Part shown: positions 1 through 10,373 of the stretch, in pieces
Numbering within the stretch: the first letter of the stretch is position 1
Layout: each line of letters begins with the position of its first letter
NCBI GenBank assembly: GCA_026015185.1
Contig: JAOZGX010000047.1
Coordinates: 3,475 to 67,474 of the forward strand
Length of the DNA stretch: 64,000 bases
Origin: Candidatus Bathyarchaeota archaeon
GTDB lineage: Archaea; Thermoproteota; Bathyarchaeia; 40CM-2-53-6; RBG-13-38-9
Direction of reading: 5' to 3'
Made by a program: the position numbers and the translations under genes
Notes under the pieces: model-generated
Databases searched by the model: none
Told to the model about the DNA's origin: nothing
Seen by the model: the letters and a program-made list of their open reading frames with translations, nothing else

Positions 1-2
1 TC

Positions 3-362
3 TGTTTGACACCGATGATACCTTTGCAAAGATCAATTGGAAGAAAAAAGGCACTAGAGATGCTTATAACAGGAGAGCCGATAAGCGCAGTTGAGGCGGA
101 GAAATTAGGATTAATAAATAAATTAGTACCGAATGGAAAACATGTTGAAGCTGCTATTGACCTTGCACAGAAAATATCCGATAAAAGCAGGATTGCATAT
201 ACAATAGGTAAGCCTGCCTTTTACATGATGGGAGATATGGAGTATATTAAAGCACTGCATTATGCAAAAGATTTAATCTCACTGGCAATAACTGCTGAGG
301 ACGCGAAAGAGGGAATGAATGCTATCTTGGAAAAAAGACCTCCGGTATGGAAAAATCGATAA
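3..362 (+). CDS. Enoyl-CoA hydratase/isomerase family protein, C-terminal part (5'-truncated by window edge)
   Basis: Crotonase C-terminal motifs 'ALEMLITGEPISAVEAEKLGLIN' and 'EDAKEGMNAILEKRPPVW'; frame is open to the window start. Confidence 0.85.
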   Translation, partial: CLTPMIPLQRSIGRKKALEMLITGEPISAVEAEKLGLINKLVPNGKHVEAAIDLAQKISDKSRIAYTIGKPAFYMMGDMEYIKALHYAKDLISLAITAEDAKEGMNAILEKRPPVWKNR

Positions 363-371
363 AATTACTAA

Positions 372-1436
372 TTATATTTTATTTTTAATATACTCAGCTA
401 TATGTTCTCCAACTTGAGTGCAATTCAATTTCCCACTAAGCTCCATAGGCAATTGTGTACTCGATAGCATCTTCTCTATAGCCTTCTCTATTGCGATCGA
501 TGCCTTTAAGCAACTATTATCGCGGTAAGCCTCTGCCAAAAATTCAAACATGAGAGAGATGCTTCTAATCATCCCTATTGGATTGGCTTTCCCAGTTCCC
601 GCTATATCTGGAGCAGAACCATGAGTGGGTTCAAATAAACCTATTTTTTTCTCAGGATTCATATTTGTTCCAGCGGTCATACCTAGTCCCCCAGCTATTT
701 GTCCTGCTAAATCGCTAAGAAGATCGGCCAAAAGATTTGTTGAAACAATAGTATCGAATTCATGGGGCCTTCTTACGAGATGGGCAGTAAGAGCGTCCGC
801 ATAATAATTCTCAAATCTAATTTCAGGATATTCAGATGAAATGTCTTCAAAAGCTTTGGAGAACATTCCGTGACTTTTTCGAATAATATTTGCTTTATGT
901 GCACAAGCAACTATGCCTTTTCCGATCCCATTTTTCAATCTCCTCATTGCATAATTAAATGAGAAACGGGCTATGCGTTCACAGGTTTCTTGTGTGTATA
1001 CTCCGGTTACTGTCCATACCCCAGGAATGACCTCGTTCTCCATAGCCCTATATATTCCCTCTGAATTCTCCCTTATCACAACTAGGTTTATATCTGGTCT
1101 CAGAGCTGGTGGGCAAATGTTAGGATAGGATATCGCCGGTCTAATATTTACATAAAGTCCGAATCTTTTTCTGAAAGCTAAAAAAAGATCTCTTACACTT
1201 TCACCTACAGGTCCTTTTATACCTGCATCGCATTCTTGAAAGATCTTAATCGATTCTTCTGGAACTGCCGACCCTGTTTCTTTTTTAACCGCATCACCAG
1301 CGGGTGCAGCTCTATATTTGACATTAATATTATAAGCTTCTCCAATAGCACCAATGACTATTTTTGCAGCATTCATAATTTCTGGGCCGATCCCGTCACC
1401 CTGTATCTCGCAGATCTCATAAGTTTTACTTCCCAT
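372..1436 (-). CDS. Isocitrate/isopropylmalate dehydrogenase family protein
   Basis: 'GDGIGPEI', 'VVIRENSEG', 'HKANI', 'FEPTHGSAPDIAG...ANP'; ATG at 1436 follows GGAGG at 1449-1445. Confidence 0.9.
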   Translation of the reverse strand: MGSKTYEICEIQGDGIGPEIMNAAKIVIGAIGEAYNINVKYRAAPAGDAVKKETGSAVPEESIKIFQECDAGIKGPVGESVRDLFLAFRKRFGLYVNIRPAISYPNICPPALRPDINLVVIRENSEGIYRAMENEVIPGVWTVTGVYTQETCERIARFSFNYAMRRLKNGIGKGIVACAHKANIIRKSHGMFSKAFEDISSEYPEIRFENYYADALTAHLVRRPHEFDTIVSTNLLADLLSDLAGQIAGGLGMTAGTNMNPEKKIGLFEPTHGSAPDIAGTGKANPIGMIRSISLMFEFLAEAYRDNSCLKASIAIEKAIEKMLSSTQLPMELSGKLNCTQVGEHIAEYIKNKI

Positions 1437-1584
1437 CTCTTTTCCTCCCAATCTTCATCATGCTATTGATTACATTTTAGAATACCACCGATTTTGGATT
1501 CTTATTAAATTTTGTTGTTCTACAATTTACGCAAAAATATATAGAGTGTTAACCTTCTTATCATCTCAAACTGGGGTAGTAGAT

Positions 1585-3270
1585 TTGGCAAGAAACAAGA
1601 TTGTCATAATTGGAGGTGTTGCTACAGGACCGAAAGCTGCAGCTAGAGCTAGAAGGATAGATCCTGATGCGGATATTACAATAATCGATAAGGGAGAGCT
1701 ATTTTCTTATGCAGGTTGTGGAATGCCGTTTTATATCGAGGGACTTATTGAAGATGTAAACGAATTGATGTGTACTCCTCTTGGAGTTGTTAGAGATGAA
1801 TCCTTTTTTAAAAATACTAAGAATGTGAAAGTACTTGGAAAGACAGAAGCTATAAAAATTAATAGAAATGCTAAAAAAATTACTGTTAAAAATTTGAAAA
1901 CAGATGAGATTCAAGATATTGAATATGATAAATTAATATTAGCCACAGGAGCTTATCCAGTAACTCCTCCAATCGAAGGTATAGATCTAGCAAGGGTTTA
2001 TCAACTTAATAATCTAAAAGACGCTCGGGCCATAAGGGAAACTCTTGAAAAAGGAGCAAATGAAATTGTAATAATCGGAGCAGGCTTGATTGGTTTTGAA
2101 ACTTGTGGAGCCTTTGTCTCTAGAGGCTGTAAAGTTACAATAGTAGAGATCTTAGATCAGATCTTGCCTGGTTTGCTGGATTCTACTATGGCTGCGTTAT
2201 TGACAAATTATCTGAAGGATAAGGGAGTAGAGGTATTGGTCTCTGAAAAAGTTACTAAAATTGAAGGTGACGAACAGGGCTATGTTAAGAAGGTCATAAC
2301 TGATAAAAATGAAATCAATGCGGATATGATCATAGTTGCAGTTGGAGTTAGACCAGAAGCCAAATTAGCAAAAGAGGCTGGAGTGAAGCTTGGAGATATG
2401 GGGGGCATATTAGTAAACGAATATCTTCAAACCAACGATCCAAATATCTATGCTGGTGGCGATTGTGTGGAAAATCTGAACCTCATTACAGGTATTAATT
2501 CTTATGTTCCGATGGGTTCTACTGCTAATAAACATGGTAGAGTGATCGGAGACAATATTACGGGTGGCAAAACAACTTTTCCAGGGATAACAGGAACCGT
2601 TGTTTTTAAAATCTTAGATTATAATATCGGCAAGACTGGACTTAATGAGAAACAGGCCATTGACCTTGGATATGAACCGATTACCTGCATAAGACCGTCT
2701 CCAGACTGTGCACATTATCATCCTAGCACTAAACCATTCATAATTAAACTGATAGTTGATCACAAGACTGGAAAAATTCTTGGTGGTCAAGGATTAGGTG
2801 CTGGTGAAGTAGTTAAACGTATAGATACCCTCGCTACAGCGATTAAATTCGGGGCTACGGTAAAAGATCTTGTTGATATAGATCTGGGATATGCTCCTCC
2901 TTATTCAACATCAATTGACGCAATTGCTCATGCAGCTAATATCATAAGAAATAAAATCGAGGGTTTAGCTAAAGGAATTTCACCAATTGAGCTAAAAGAG
3001 AAAATTGAACGAAATGATGATTTCATTTTATTAGATGTAAGAACTAAAAAAGAGATTGAAAAAAGGACATTTAAAGATAAGAGGGTCAATTGGATTCCTT
3101 TGGGATCGCTTCAAGATAAATTAAACCAACTGCCAAAAGGAAAGGAGATAATTATTTACTGCCAATCTAGTCTACGGGCATATGAAGCGCAACGGATCAT
3201 TGAAGGTAAAGGTTTTAAGGATGTCAAATTCTTAGATGGCGGACTTCTGGCATGGCCATATGATCTGTGA
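1585..3270 (+). CDS. FAD-dependent CoA-disulfide/persulfide reductase-like oxidoreductase with C-terminal rhodanese domain
   Basis: 'IIGGVATG', 'SYAGCG' redox Cys, 'IIGAGLIG', 'GYAPPYS', rhodanese 'LLDVR...YCQSSLRAY'; TTG at 1585 after GGGGT. Confidence 0.88.
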   Translation: MARNKIVIIGGVATGPKAAARARRIDPDADITIIDKGELFSYAGCGMPFYIEGLIEDVNELMCTPLGVVRDESFFKNTKNVKVLGKTEAIKINRNAKKITVKNLKTDEIQDIEYDKLILATGAYPVTPPIEGIDLARVYQLNNLKDARAIRETLEKGANEIVIIGAGLIGFETCGAFVSRGCKVTIVEILDQILPGLLDSTMAALLTNYLKDKGVEVLVSEKVTKIEGDEQGYVKKVITDKNEINADMIIVAVGVRPEAKLAKEAGVKLGDMGGILVNEYLQTNDPNIYAGGDCVENLNLITGINSYVPMGSTANKHGRVIGDNITGGKTTFPGITGTVVFKILDYNIGKTGLNEKQAIDLGYEPITCIRPSPDCAHYHPSTKPFIIKLIVDHKTGKILGGQGLGAGEVVKRIDTLATAIKFGATVKDLVDIDLGYAPPYSTSIDAIAHAANIIRNKIEGLAKGISPIELKEKIERNDDFILLDVRTKKEIEKRTFKDKRVNWIPLGSLQDKLNQLPKGKEIIIYCQSSLRAYEAQRIIEGKGFKDVKFLDGGLLAWPYDL

Positions 3271-3598
3271 TTATTATTTATTTTAAAATAATTTACTATC
3301 ACTAATTTGAGGCGGATATTTTAATGAAAAAAAATGAAGCGCAGTACATTGAAATCATTATTGGTTTATAGCGCGCGCATTAATTCATTGGCGGAGTAAA
3401 AAACTAGTATGGATTATGATATATCCGCCACCTATTCAAAAGCAAATACTTAACATTCTACCGTACTTACCATGGGTAATAAGCATAGTATTAATCTTAG
3501 ACTATATTCGTAAGATTATCAACAATAGGGGCAAGAAATAATTTAATAATAAAGACAAACACATCCCAATTTGATCGATCACTCTAGTAGTTGACTTT

Positions 3599-4633
3599 TT
3601 GTTGTCCTCAGATAGATTTTTTTTAGGTGGAAAAATAAGAGCAAAACCAACTGACTTCATTGTTGAAGAAGTATGGGAGAATCGTATATGCGACATAAAT
3701 TATCCATTTTTGAATAATTTTAGAACTTCATTAAATGCCAGAATTCATAAGAATCGTACATATCTGCATTTTACACTAGTAAAAAGCAATTGGGATACAA
3801 TTCGAGCTTTGAATTATATTGGAAGAAGAATTTTCTGTTCACTGAAACGTTTTGGAATTTCAGGTATGAAAGACAAGTGGGCACTTACTTCTCAAAGAGT
3901 CTCTCTATGGAAGGAAAAAATGGATACATTAGCGCATCTTAAGCTTCCAGATATGTTTCTCAAAGATTTTGAGTATAGAGATGATAGAATAACGTTGGGC
4001 AACTCTTCTGGAAATCAATTTACAATAACTATTCGAAATATTCCTAAAGATGATGAAGTGATCCTTCGAACATTAGGAAGTTTTGAAAAAGAAGTAAAAA
4101 CAAAAGGATTGCCAAACTTTTTTGGCCCTCAAAGATTGGGAGGGGATAATGCAGAAGTTGGAAGGGCAATTAAGAATGATGACCTTAAAGGTGCTGTTGA
4201 AATAATACTAAGAAAAATTCAACCCTTTATTAAAGATGGTCAATTTCAAAATATACCGAAAACATTCTGGTATGAGAAACGAGTGTTACAACACTTAACC
4301 GCATATCCTAATGATTTTGCTGGAGCTTTAAGGAAAATACCGAAGCGAATCTTAAGGCTTTATACACATGCGTATCAATCGAAAAATTTCAATGATATGC
4401 TTGCTACAGCTATTAAGAATAACAAAGTTCCGAAAAGCATAATCATTCCTGGATTTAATGTCTCAAAGATGCCAAATTTAAGTACTTTACACATTGAGCG
4501 AAAAAGCCATCTCTTAACTAAAGATTTCAAAGTATTAAGAATTGAAAATGGTATCGTAAAATTGAAATTCACATTGGGAAGTGGAGAATACGCTTCAACT
4601 CTGCTTTCTCATCTAGTAGTAAGTGATCGATAA
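3599..4633 (+). CDS. truD: tRNA pseudouridine(13) synthase TruD (compact form)
   Basis: 'DFIVEE', catalytic 'GMKDKWALTSQ', 'GNQFTITIR', 'PNFFGPQR', 'F-TL-G-YASTLL'. Confidence 0.88.
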   Translation: MLSSDRFFLGGKIRAKPTDFIVEEVWENRICDINYPFLNNFRTSLNARIHKNRTYLHFTLVKSNWDTIRALNYIGRRIFCSLKRFGISGMKDKWALTSQRVSLWKEKMDTLAHLKLPDMFLKDFEYRDDRITLGNSSGNQFTITIRNIPKDDEVILRTLGSFEKEVKTKGLPNFFGPQRLGGDNAEVGRAIKNDDLKGAVEIILRKIQPFIKDGQFQNIPKTFWYEKRVLQHLTAYPNDFAGALRKIPKRILRLYTHAYQSKNFNDMLATAIKNNKVPKSIIIPGFNVSKMPNLSTLHIERKSHLLTKDFKVLRIENGIVKLKFTLGSGEYASTLLSHLVVSDR

Positions 4634-4650
4634 GCAAGAAAATTGCATAA

Positions 4651-5505
4651 CTAAGTTAGAGATTCTGTTCTTTTACCAAAATAAGGTAACTTGTCTGTAA
4701 GACCTGATCCTCTCGAAGTATAATGGTCTAATGTCTTTCTTCTATAGTCTCCAACTAAAACATCTAACCTTCCAATATCTATTTCTTTCATTTTATTTTT
4801 CCCTTTTGAAAGATACTCTATAGCTAATTCGAGCATCTCGTATCTTTCGATCCTCAATACGTTTATCAGATCGTTTTTATTTTCCTTTAGAAAATTTGAT
4901 AATTTTTCGTAATCCATAGGAACGCTTCTGTAACCAAAATCAATCCTCTTCCAAAGAGAATTCATCTCAAAAGTATCGATATCGATTCCAGTAGATAATT
5001 GATGGATGATATTTTTTGAAATTCTTCCATCATCAGGATCTGTAATATCCATCCCCATATCTACACCAATTTTATAGAAATGATCTGCAAATTTGTTCCA
5101 GTCGCGTAGTTTAACAGATTTTAGATTTCCTTCTCGATCAGTCTCCCTCCAGGAAAAGCTTTCATTACCAAAAGCCCATTCATATAAATATGCCTCATAC
5201 GAGTCATCTCCGACTCTACTGATCGAGCCTAAGGGCCTAGGGATGTGGGCCAGATTATAAACATGTTTTCTGTAAAAATAATCTTCTAATTTTTTAATAA
5301 TCATATGCCTAAGAAACATTTTATGACCGCTTTTTGGAGAGAGGTTATATTCTTCACGTAATGCAGTAACTGCTCCTTCTTGAGTGATAATTGTTCCACC
5401 TATGCCAGGAAATTTAGTTCTTAACTCAACTAGAACTCTAGCTTCACTACCAATACCACCTTCACATATGAATTCAATGATGCCTTCTTCGTTCCTTTTT
5501 ACCAT
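4651..5505 (-). CDS. Hypothetical protein with protein-kinase-like motifs
   Basis: 284-aa ORF with Gly-loop-like 'GGIGSEARV', 'IPRPLG', 'D..ISKNII' and 'RIDFG' in kinase-fold order. Confidence 0.6.
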   Translation of the reverse strand: MVKRNEEGIIEFICEGGIGSEARVLVELRTKFPGIGGTIITQEGAVTALREEYNLSPKSGHKMFLRHMIIKKLEDYFYRKHVYNLAHIPRPLGSISRVGDDSYEAYLYEWAFGNESFSWRETDREGNLKSVKLRDWNKFADHFYKIGVDMGMDITDPDDGRISKNIIHQLSTGIDIDTFEMNSLWKRIDFGYRSVPMDYEKLSNFLKENKNDLINVLRIERYEMLELAIEYLSKGKNKMKEIDIGRLDVLVGDYRRKTLDHYTSRGSGLTDKLPYFGKRTESLT

Positions 5506-5588
5506 TAGTATCAGATTTTACTTAACTAAATCCCCAGCTATAAAATATTTGGCACGTTTTTCCTAGAAATATCAAGGCATAGAGAGTT

Positions 5589-5912
5589 TTATTCTGATCC
5601 AAATTCACGAATTATCTCTAATCTCATTGAAATAACTTCTAAAGTTAATTGACTTTTAAGTACTAAAGCAACTATCTTTCTTACTTTCGCACATTCATTT
5701 GCATACATTTTGGCTCTAGTGAAATCTTTGGTCATCTGAGAAGATACACATCGATCAAAGAGTTTTTCGTTATACTTTTGCATCTTCTTAAAAATGTTCT
5801 CTAATCTATTTTGTTGAATTTTCAAATCTTCTATGGAATCTAAGATCTTTTCTTTTGCGTGTTGAGAATCCCAATCATTCGATAACGAGTTCTTGATATT
5901 ATTAGATAGCAA
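5589..5912 (-). CDS. Truncated ESCRT-III/CdvB-like protein (helical hairpin only)
   Basis: 'LFDRCVSSQMTKD..RA.MYANECA.VRK...SQL.LE.IS.RLE.IREFG' closely matches the 25475-26143 protein, then stops. Confidence 0.8.
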   Translation of the reverse strand: MLSNNIKNSLSNDWDSQHAKEKILDSIEDLKIQQNRLENIFKKMQKYNEKLFDRCVSSQMTKDFTRAKMYANECAKVRKIVALVLKSQLTLEVISMRLEIIREFGSE

Positions 5913-6087
5913 TTATTCCACAATTTTGTTTGTGCCCTAAATTGAAATATAAATAATAGAGTGATTTTGAATTATACGGAGAGTTAACTGAAAATATTAT
6001 TGAGTATAGTTTTGCATCAGTATACTTTAATTATCAAGTATAGAAATCATTTATTTAATTCTAGAAATTAGAAGGATCGTTAGAATT

Positions 6088-7098
6088 ATGAAAGCTATTC
6101 TGCTCGATAAACCTAGTAAAATAGAACAAAATCCCCTAAGATACGATAAGTGTGAGGATCCAGTTCCAAACGATGAAGAAGTGTTAATTAAAGTTCAAGC
6201 TTGTGGAGTTTGTAGATCGAATCTGAATGTTATTGAGGGTGTTTATAGCAAACTTGGGATCCCCTCAAAGTCCCCAATTATTCCAGGCCATGAGGTTGTT
6301 GGAACAATTGAAGAGATCGGATCAAATGTTGCTAACTTGGCTATAGGTGATAAAGTAGGAATGCAACCGCTATATTCTGCATGCGGTACTTGTGAATACT
6401 GTCTAAGCGGTCAAGAAATTCTTTGTCCTTCAAGATTGATTGTTGGAGAGACTGTGGATGGAGGGTATGCTGAATATATAAAGGGTAATGCTAATTTTGT
6501 CTATAAAATACCTGATAATCTTAAAGATCAAGAAGCTGCACCACTATTTTGCCCTGGAATAACTGCGTATAGGGCTGTAAAAAAAGCAGATCTAGCGATG
6601 AGTAAGAAAGTTGTAATATTTGGTATAGGAGGAGTTGGACATGTTGCAGTTCAGTTTGCTAAATTGACTGGTGCAAATGTTATCGCTGTGAGCAGAAATA
6701 AGAAAAATTTAGATCTGGCTTCAAAAGTTGGGGCTGATATTGTTCTTTCTCAAGATGAAAATCTCGTTTCTGAAATGAAGAAACTTGGTTATGCTGATTC
6801 TGCAATAGTTTTTGCTCCATCTCAAGAGGCGATAGATCGAGCGCAAAGAGTTACAAGACCTGGTGGAACTATTGTTCTTGGAGTAACTGGCGATATTAAT
6901 AATCTTGTGTTCTTTTTTGAAAAGACTATAAAAGGTACTGCCATAGGGACTAGACTAGATACCCGAGAAGTCCTAAAGATCGCTTCCGAAGATAAGATCA
7001 AGATTATTACAAAAGCATATCCTTTAGAAGATGCAAGTAATGTCCTCCTTAAACTCAAAAATGGGGAGATCGAGGGGAGAGCTGTATTAGTTCCTTAA
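6088..7098 (+). CDS. Zinc-dependent alcohol dehydrogenase (MDR family)
   Basis: 'CGVC', 'PGHEVVG', structural Zn 'CGTCEYC...C', 'GIGGVG', 'IEGRAVLVP'. Confidence 0.92.
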   Translation: MKAILLDKPSKIEQNPLRYDKCEDPVPNDEEVLIKVQACGVCRSNLNVIEGVYSKLGIPSKSPIIPGHEVVGTIEEIGSNVANLAIGDKVGMQPLYSACGTCEYCLSGQEILCPSRLIVGETVDGGYAEYIKGNANFVYKIPDNLKDQEAAPLFCPGITAYRAVKKADLAMSKKVVIFGIGGVGHVAVQFAKLTGANVIAVSRNKKNLDLASKVGADIVLSQDENLVSEMKKLGYADSAIVFAPSQEAIDRAQRVTRPGGTIVLGVTGDINNLVFFFEKTIKGTAIGTRLDTREVLKIASEDKIKIITKAYPLEDASNVLLKLKNGEIEGRAVLVP

Positions 7099-7209
7099 AG
7101 GTTCAGCGAATATCTTGATGAAAGTATATTTATTTTAGCGGAATTACTGGGTCTCATAGATAAAATCAATTTTGATTTTATTTAATAGATGTTGCTGAGA
7201 ATACTTGAA

Positions 7210-8529
7210 ATGAAAAACTTAGATGAAAATCTTATCTCAAGGGCAAAGTCCATTTTAGAAAATAATTGGAGAGGAAGTTTTACAGTCCCTTCGCCAACCC
7301 TATACCCTCACCAATGGAGCTGGGATTCTGCTTTTATAGCTATAGGTTATTCTCACTATGCATTAGATTACGCTAAGAGTGAATTGAATAGCATTTTACA
7401 GGGTCAATGGGATAATGGCTTACTCCCTCATATAATTTTCAATCCCAAAGCCAAAGGATATTTCCCTGATTCTAAATATTGGAGGACAAACGAACACTCT
7501 CCAACCGGAACTCTTACTTCAGGAATAACGCAACCCCCTGTTCATGCAATAGCCGCTTTGAAATACTTCGATCATAGCCATGATAAAAAGACCATACAAA
7601 ATTGGTTCCCAAAATTGAAAAAATTCCATCAATATCTCTTAGAAAACCGCGATCCTGAGCATTCTGGATTTGTATCGATTTACCATCCATGGGAATCAGG
7701 GTTTGATAACTCGCCAAGATGGGATGAAGCTCTTGGTCGTATCAAACCGAAAGACCTTCCTGAATATAAGCGAAGCGATTTAAGTCACGTGGGAAGTGCA
7801 GAGGAGAGGCCAACAAAGAAAGATTATGATAGATATATTTACTTAACTGAAATTCTGAAAAAATTCAATTATGATGATAAGGAAATTTATAAAGAAATTC
7901 CTTTTAAGATAAAAGATGTTGTCTTCAACACGATCCTCTATGTTGCAAACAAAGCGTTATTTGAAATTTCAAAAATTTTAGGGAAAAACAGTAATGAAAT
8001 CTTAGAATGGATAGGACTCCAAGAGGATAATTTTCTTAATCAGTTTTGCCCTGATCCAAAAGATGGCCTTTTCTATGATTATGATGTGATAGCAAATCAA
8101 TTCGTTTTAAAAAGAACAGTTGCTGCTTTAATTCCAATTTATTCAGGTTTATTTGAAGATGCTATCATTGAAAATACAGTTGAGTGGCTAGAGCACTCCC
8201 ATTTCTGTGGTAATATTTCTGGAGAGAGATTTTGCAAGTATCCAGTTATCCCAAGTACAAGTCTTGATTCTCCACATTTTGCTCATATAACTTATTGGCG
8301 AGGACCAATATGGATAAATGCTAATTGGATGCTCTATCAAGGATTACGTAAATACAACTACAAGGAAAAAGCTGATCGTTTAAGGGAAGCCATATTAAAG
8401 CTGGTCATGGAGAATGGTTTCTATGAATATTTTGATCCACATGATGGGTCAGGTCATGGATCTAAAAATTTCTCATGGACCGCATCCTTGATTATTGATC
8501 TGCTCCATAAATGTGATTACACTAACTAG
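7210..8529 (+). CDS. Glycoside hydrolase family 63 (mannosylglycerate/glucosylglycerate hydrolase-like)
   Basis: 'LYPHQWSWDSAF', 'TQPP', 'HPWESGFDNSPRWD', 'YWRGPIW', 'FYEYF', 'FSWTA'. Confidence 0.87.
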   Translation: MKNLDENLISRAKSILENNWRGSFTVPSPTLYPHQWSWDSAFIAIGYSHYALDYAKSELNSILQGQWDNGLLPHIIFNPKAKGYFPDSKYWRTNEHSPTGTLTSGITQPPVHAIAALKYFDHSHDKKTIQNWFPKLKKFHQYLLENRDPEHSGFVSIYHPWESGFDNSPRWDEALGRIKPKDLPEYKRSDLSHVGSAEERPTKKDYDRYIYLTEILKKFNYDDKEIYKEIPFKIKDVVFNTILYVANKALFEISKILGKNSNEILEWIGLQEDNFLNQFCPDPKDGLFYDYDVIANQFVLKRTVAALIPIYSGLFEDAIIENTVEWLEHSHFCGNISGERFCKYPVIPSTSLDSPHFAHITYWRGPIWINANWMLYQGLRKYNYKEKADRLREAILKLVMENGFYEYFDPHDGSGHGSKNFSWTASLIIDLLHKCDYTN

Positions 8530-8590
8530 TACGCTTAATAATTGCTTTTCAATCATCCCCCACATATTTTGACCCTTAATAATCACAATA

Positions 8591-8608
8591 GCAAAAGGTT
8601 TTTATCTT
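8591..8608 (+). promoter_or_regulatory. Putative BRE/TATA promoter of the thermosome operon
   Basis: Purine-rich 'GCAAAAGG' followed by 'TTTTTATC' upstream of the SD (GGAGGT 8674-8679) and ATG 8692. Confidence 0.4.
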
Positions 8609-8691
8609 AATTTTCTTTGCTTACTCATAATTCATTCAAAATTGCAAATTTAAGAATAGAAATTGAAAAAAACGGAGGTAGTTTGAAAAAT

Positions 8692-10344
8692 ATGGCTTAT
8701 CTTGCAGGTCAACCTATAATAGTATTAAAGGAAGGGACCTCTAGAAGTAGTGGAAAAGACGCTAAGAGATCCAATATCATGGCAGCGAAAGTTATTGGTG
8801 AAGTCGTTAAAAGTACACTTGGCCCACGTGGCATGGATAAAATGCTTGTGGACAGTCTTGGAGATGTTACCGTTACCAATGACGGAGCTACAATATTAGA
8901 TGATATAGATGTACAGCATCCTGCTGCAAAGATGATGGTGGAAGTTGCCAAAACACAAGATGATGAGGTTGGTGATGGAACAACAACAGCTGTTGTAATA
9001 GCATCTGAATTATTGAAAAGAGCAGAAGAACTCCTGGACGATAAAATTCACCCGACAATCATTGTAAGTGGTTATAAGAAAGCTGGGGAAAAGGCGATGG
9101 AGGTATTGAATTCGATCGCTGTTCCAGTTGATTTAAAAGATAGAAATATTCTCAAAAAGGTAGCTATAACTTCTATGCATAGCAAGGGTGTTGGAGCAGC
9201 TCGAGAACATTTTGCAGAAATATCAATAGATGCTGTAAATCAAATAGTAGAAAAAGTTGGAGAAATTAACTCTGCTGATCTGGATAATATTCAGATCATA
9301 AAGAAAGAAGGTAAAAGCCTTCTCGATACAGAATTAGTAAAAGGCATGATAATCGACAAAGAAGTAGTTCATACAGGCATGCCAAAGAGTCTTGAGAATC
9401 CAAAGATAACCCTATTAGACTGTGCACTGGAGATTGAAAAAACAGAATTCAGTGCAGAGATAAGAATTAACGATCCAAATCAGATGAAGGCATTTCTCGA
9501 TGAAGAGACACAAATGATGAAGAGCATGGTTGATAAGATAAAAGCCTCTGGAGCAAATGTAGTTTTATGCCAAAAAGGTATAGATGACACAGTCCAACAC
9601 TTCTTAGCTAAAGAGGGCATAATGGCTATAAGAAGAATAAAGAAATCGGATATGGAGAAGCTCGCTAGAGCTACTGGTGCAAAAATTATAACTAATGTAG
9701 ATGATTTGACATCAAAGGATCTTGGAACTTCAGGTACCATAGAAGAGAAAAGGCTTGGAGACGATAAGATGGTATTCATAGAAGGGTGCAAAGATCCGAA
9801 ATCAGTCGCGATACTGATCAGAGCGGGATTGGAAAGGTTAGTAGATGAGGCTGAAAGAGCTTTGAATGATTCGCTATCAGTGCTTGCTGCTGTAGCAAGA
9901 GATCCAAGAATTGTGGCTGGCGGAGGAGCCGTTGAGATCGAAGTTTCGAAGAAGATAAAAGACTATGCTTCTAAAGTGGGCGGTAGAGAGCAAATGGCGA
10001 TTGAATCATTTGCTGGTGCTTTAGAAACTATACCTAGAACTCTTGCAGAGAACGCAGGTTTGGATCCAATAGACATAATGGTCAACCTAAAAGCAGCTCA
10101 TGAAAAGAAAGATGGCCTGTGGTTTGGCGTAGATGTTTTCAGTGGAAACAACAAAGATATGATGAAGAAGGGAGTTATTGAACCATTAAGAGTAAAGACA
10201 CAAGCTATAAAGTCAGCTGTCGAATCATGTTCTATGATCTTAAGAATAGATGATGTAATAGCTGCTGCAAGAGCGCCTCCAGGTCCGCCTGGTGGAATGC
10301 CTGGTGGAATGCCTGGTGGAATGCCCGGTATGCCCGAATATTAG
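8692..10344 (+). CDS. Thermosome (group II chaperonin) subunit 1
   Basis: '[10 protein letters not shown]', 'TNDGATIL', 'GDGTTT', GGM tail; ATG 8692 after GGAGGT. Alpha/beta identity not resolvable by eye. Confidence 0.97.
   Translation: MAYLAGQPIIVLKEGTSRSSGKDAKRSNIMAAKVIGEVVKSTLGPRGMDKMLVDSLGDVTVTNDGATILDDIDVQHPAAKMMVEVAKTQDDEVGDGTTTAVVIASELLKRAEELLDDKIHPTIIVSGYKKAGEKAMEVLNSIAVPVDLKDRNILKKVAITSMHSKGVGAAREHFAEISIDAVNQIVEKVGEINSADLDNIQIIKKEGKSLLDTELVKGMIIDKEVVHTGMPKSLENPKITLLDCALEIEKTEFSAEIRINDPNQMKAFLDEETQMMKSMVDKIKASGANVVLCQKGIDDTVQHFLAKEGIMAIRRIKKSDMEKLARATGAKIITNVDDLTSKDLGTSGTIEEKRLGDDKMVFIEGCKDPKSVAILIRAGLERLVDEAERALNDSLSVLAAVARDPRIVAGGGAVEIEVSKKIKDYASKVGGREQMAIESFAGALETIPRTLAENAGLDPIDIMVNLKAAHEKKDGLWFGVDVFSGNNKDMMKKGVIEPLRVKTQAIKSAVESCSMILRIDDVIAAARAPPGPPGGMPGGMPGGMPGMPEY
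10288..10323 (+). repeat. 3x 12-bp tandem repeat (CCTGGTGGAATG) encoding the chaperonin PGGM tail
   Basis: Read directly from the sequence. Confidence 0.9.
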
Positions 10345-10373
10345 ATGAATGCTAAAAAGGAGTGATAAGTTAA

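Noticed and set aside
8617-8691. 25-aa N-terminal extension on thermosome subunit 1 in the ORF track
   Set aside because: An SD at 8674-8679 and family alignment place the start at ATG 8692
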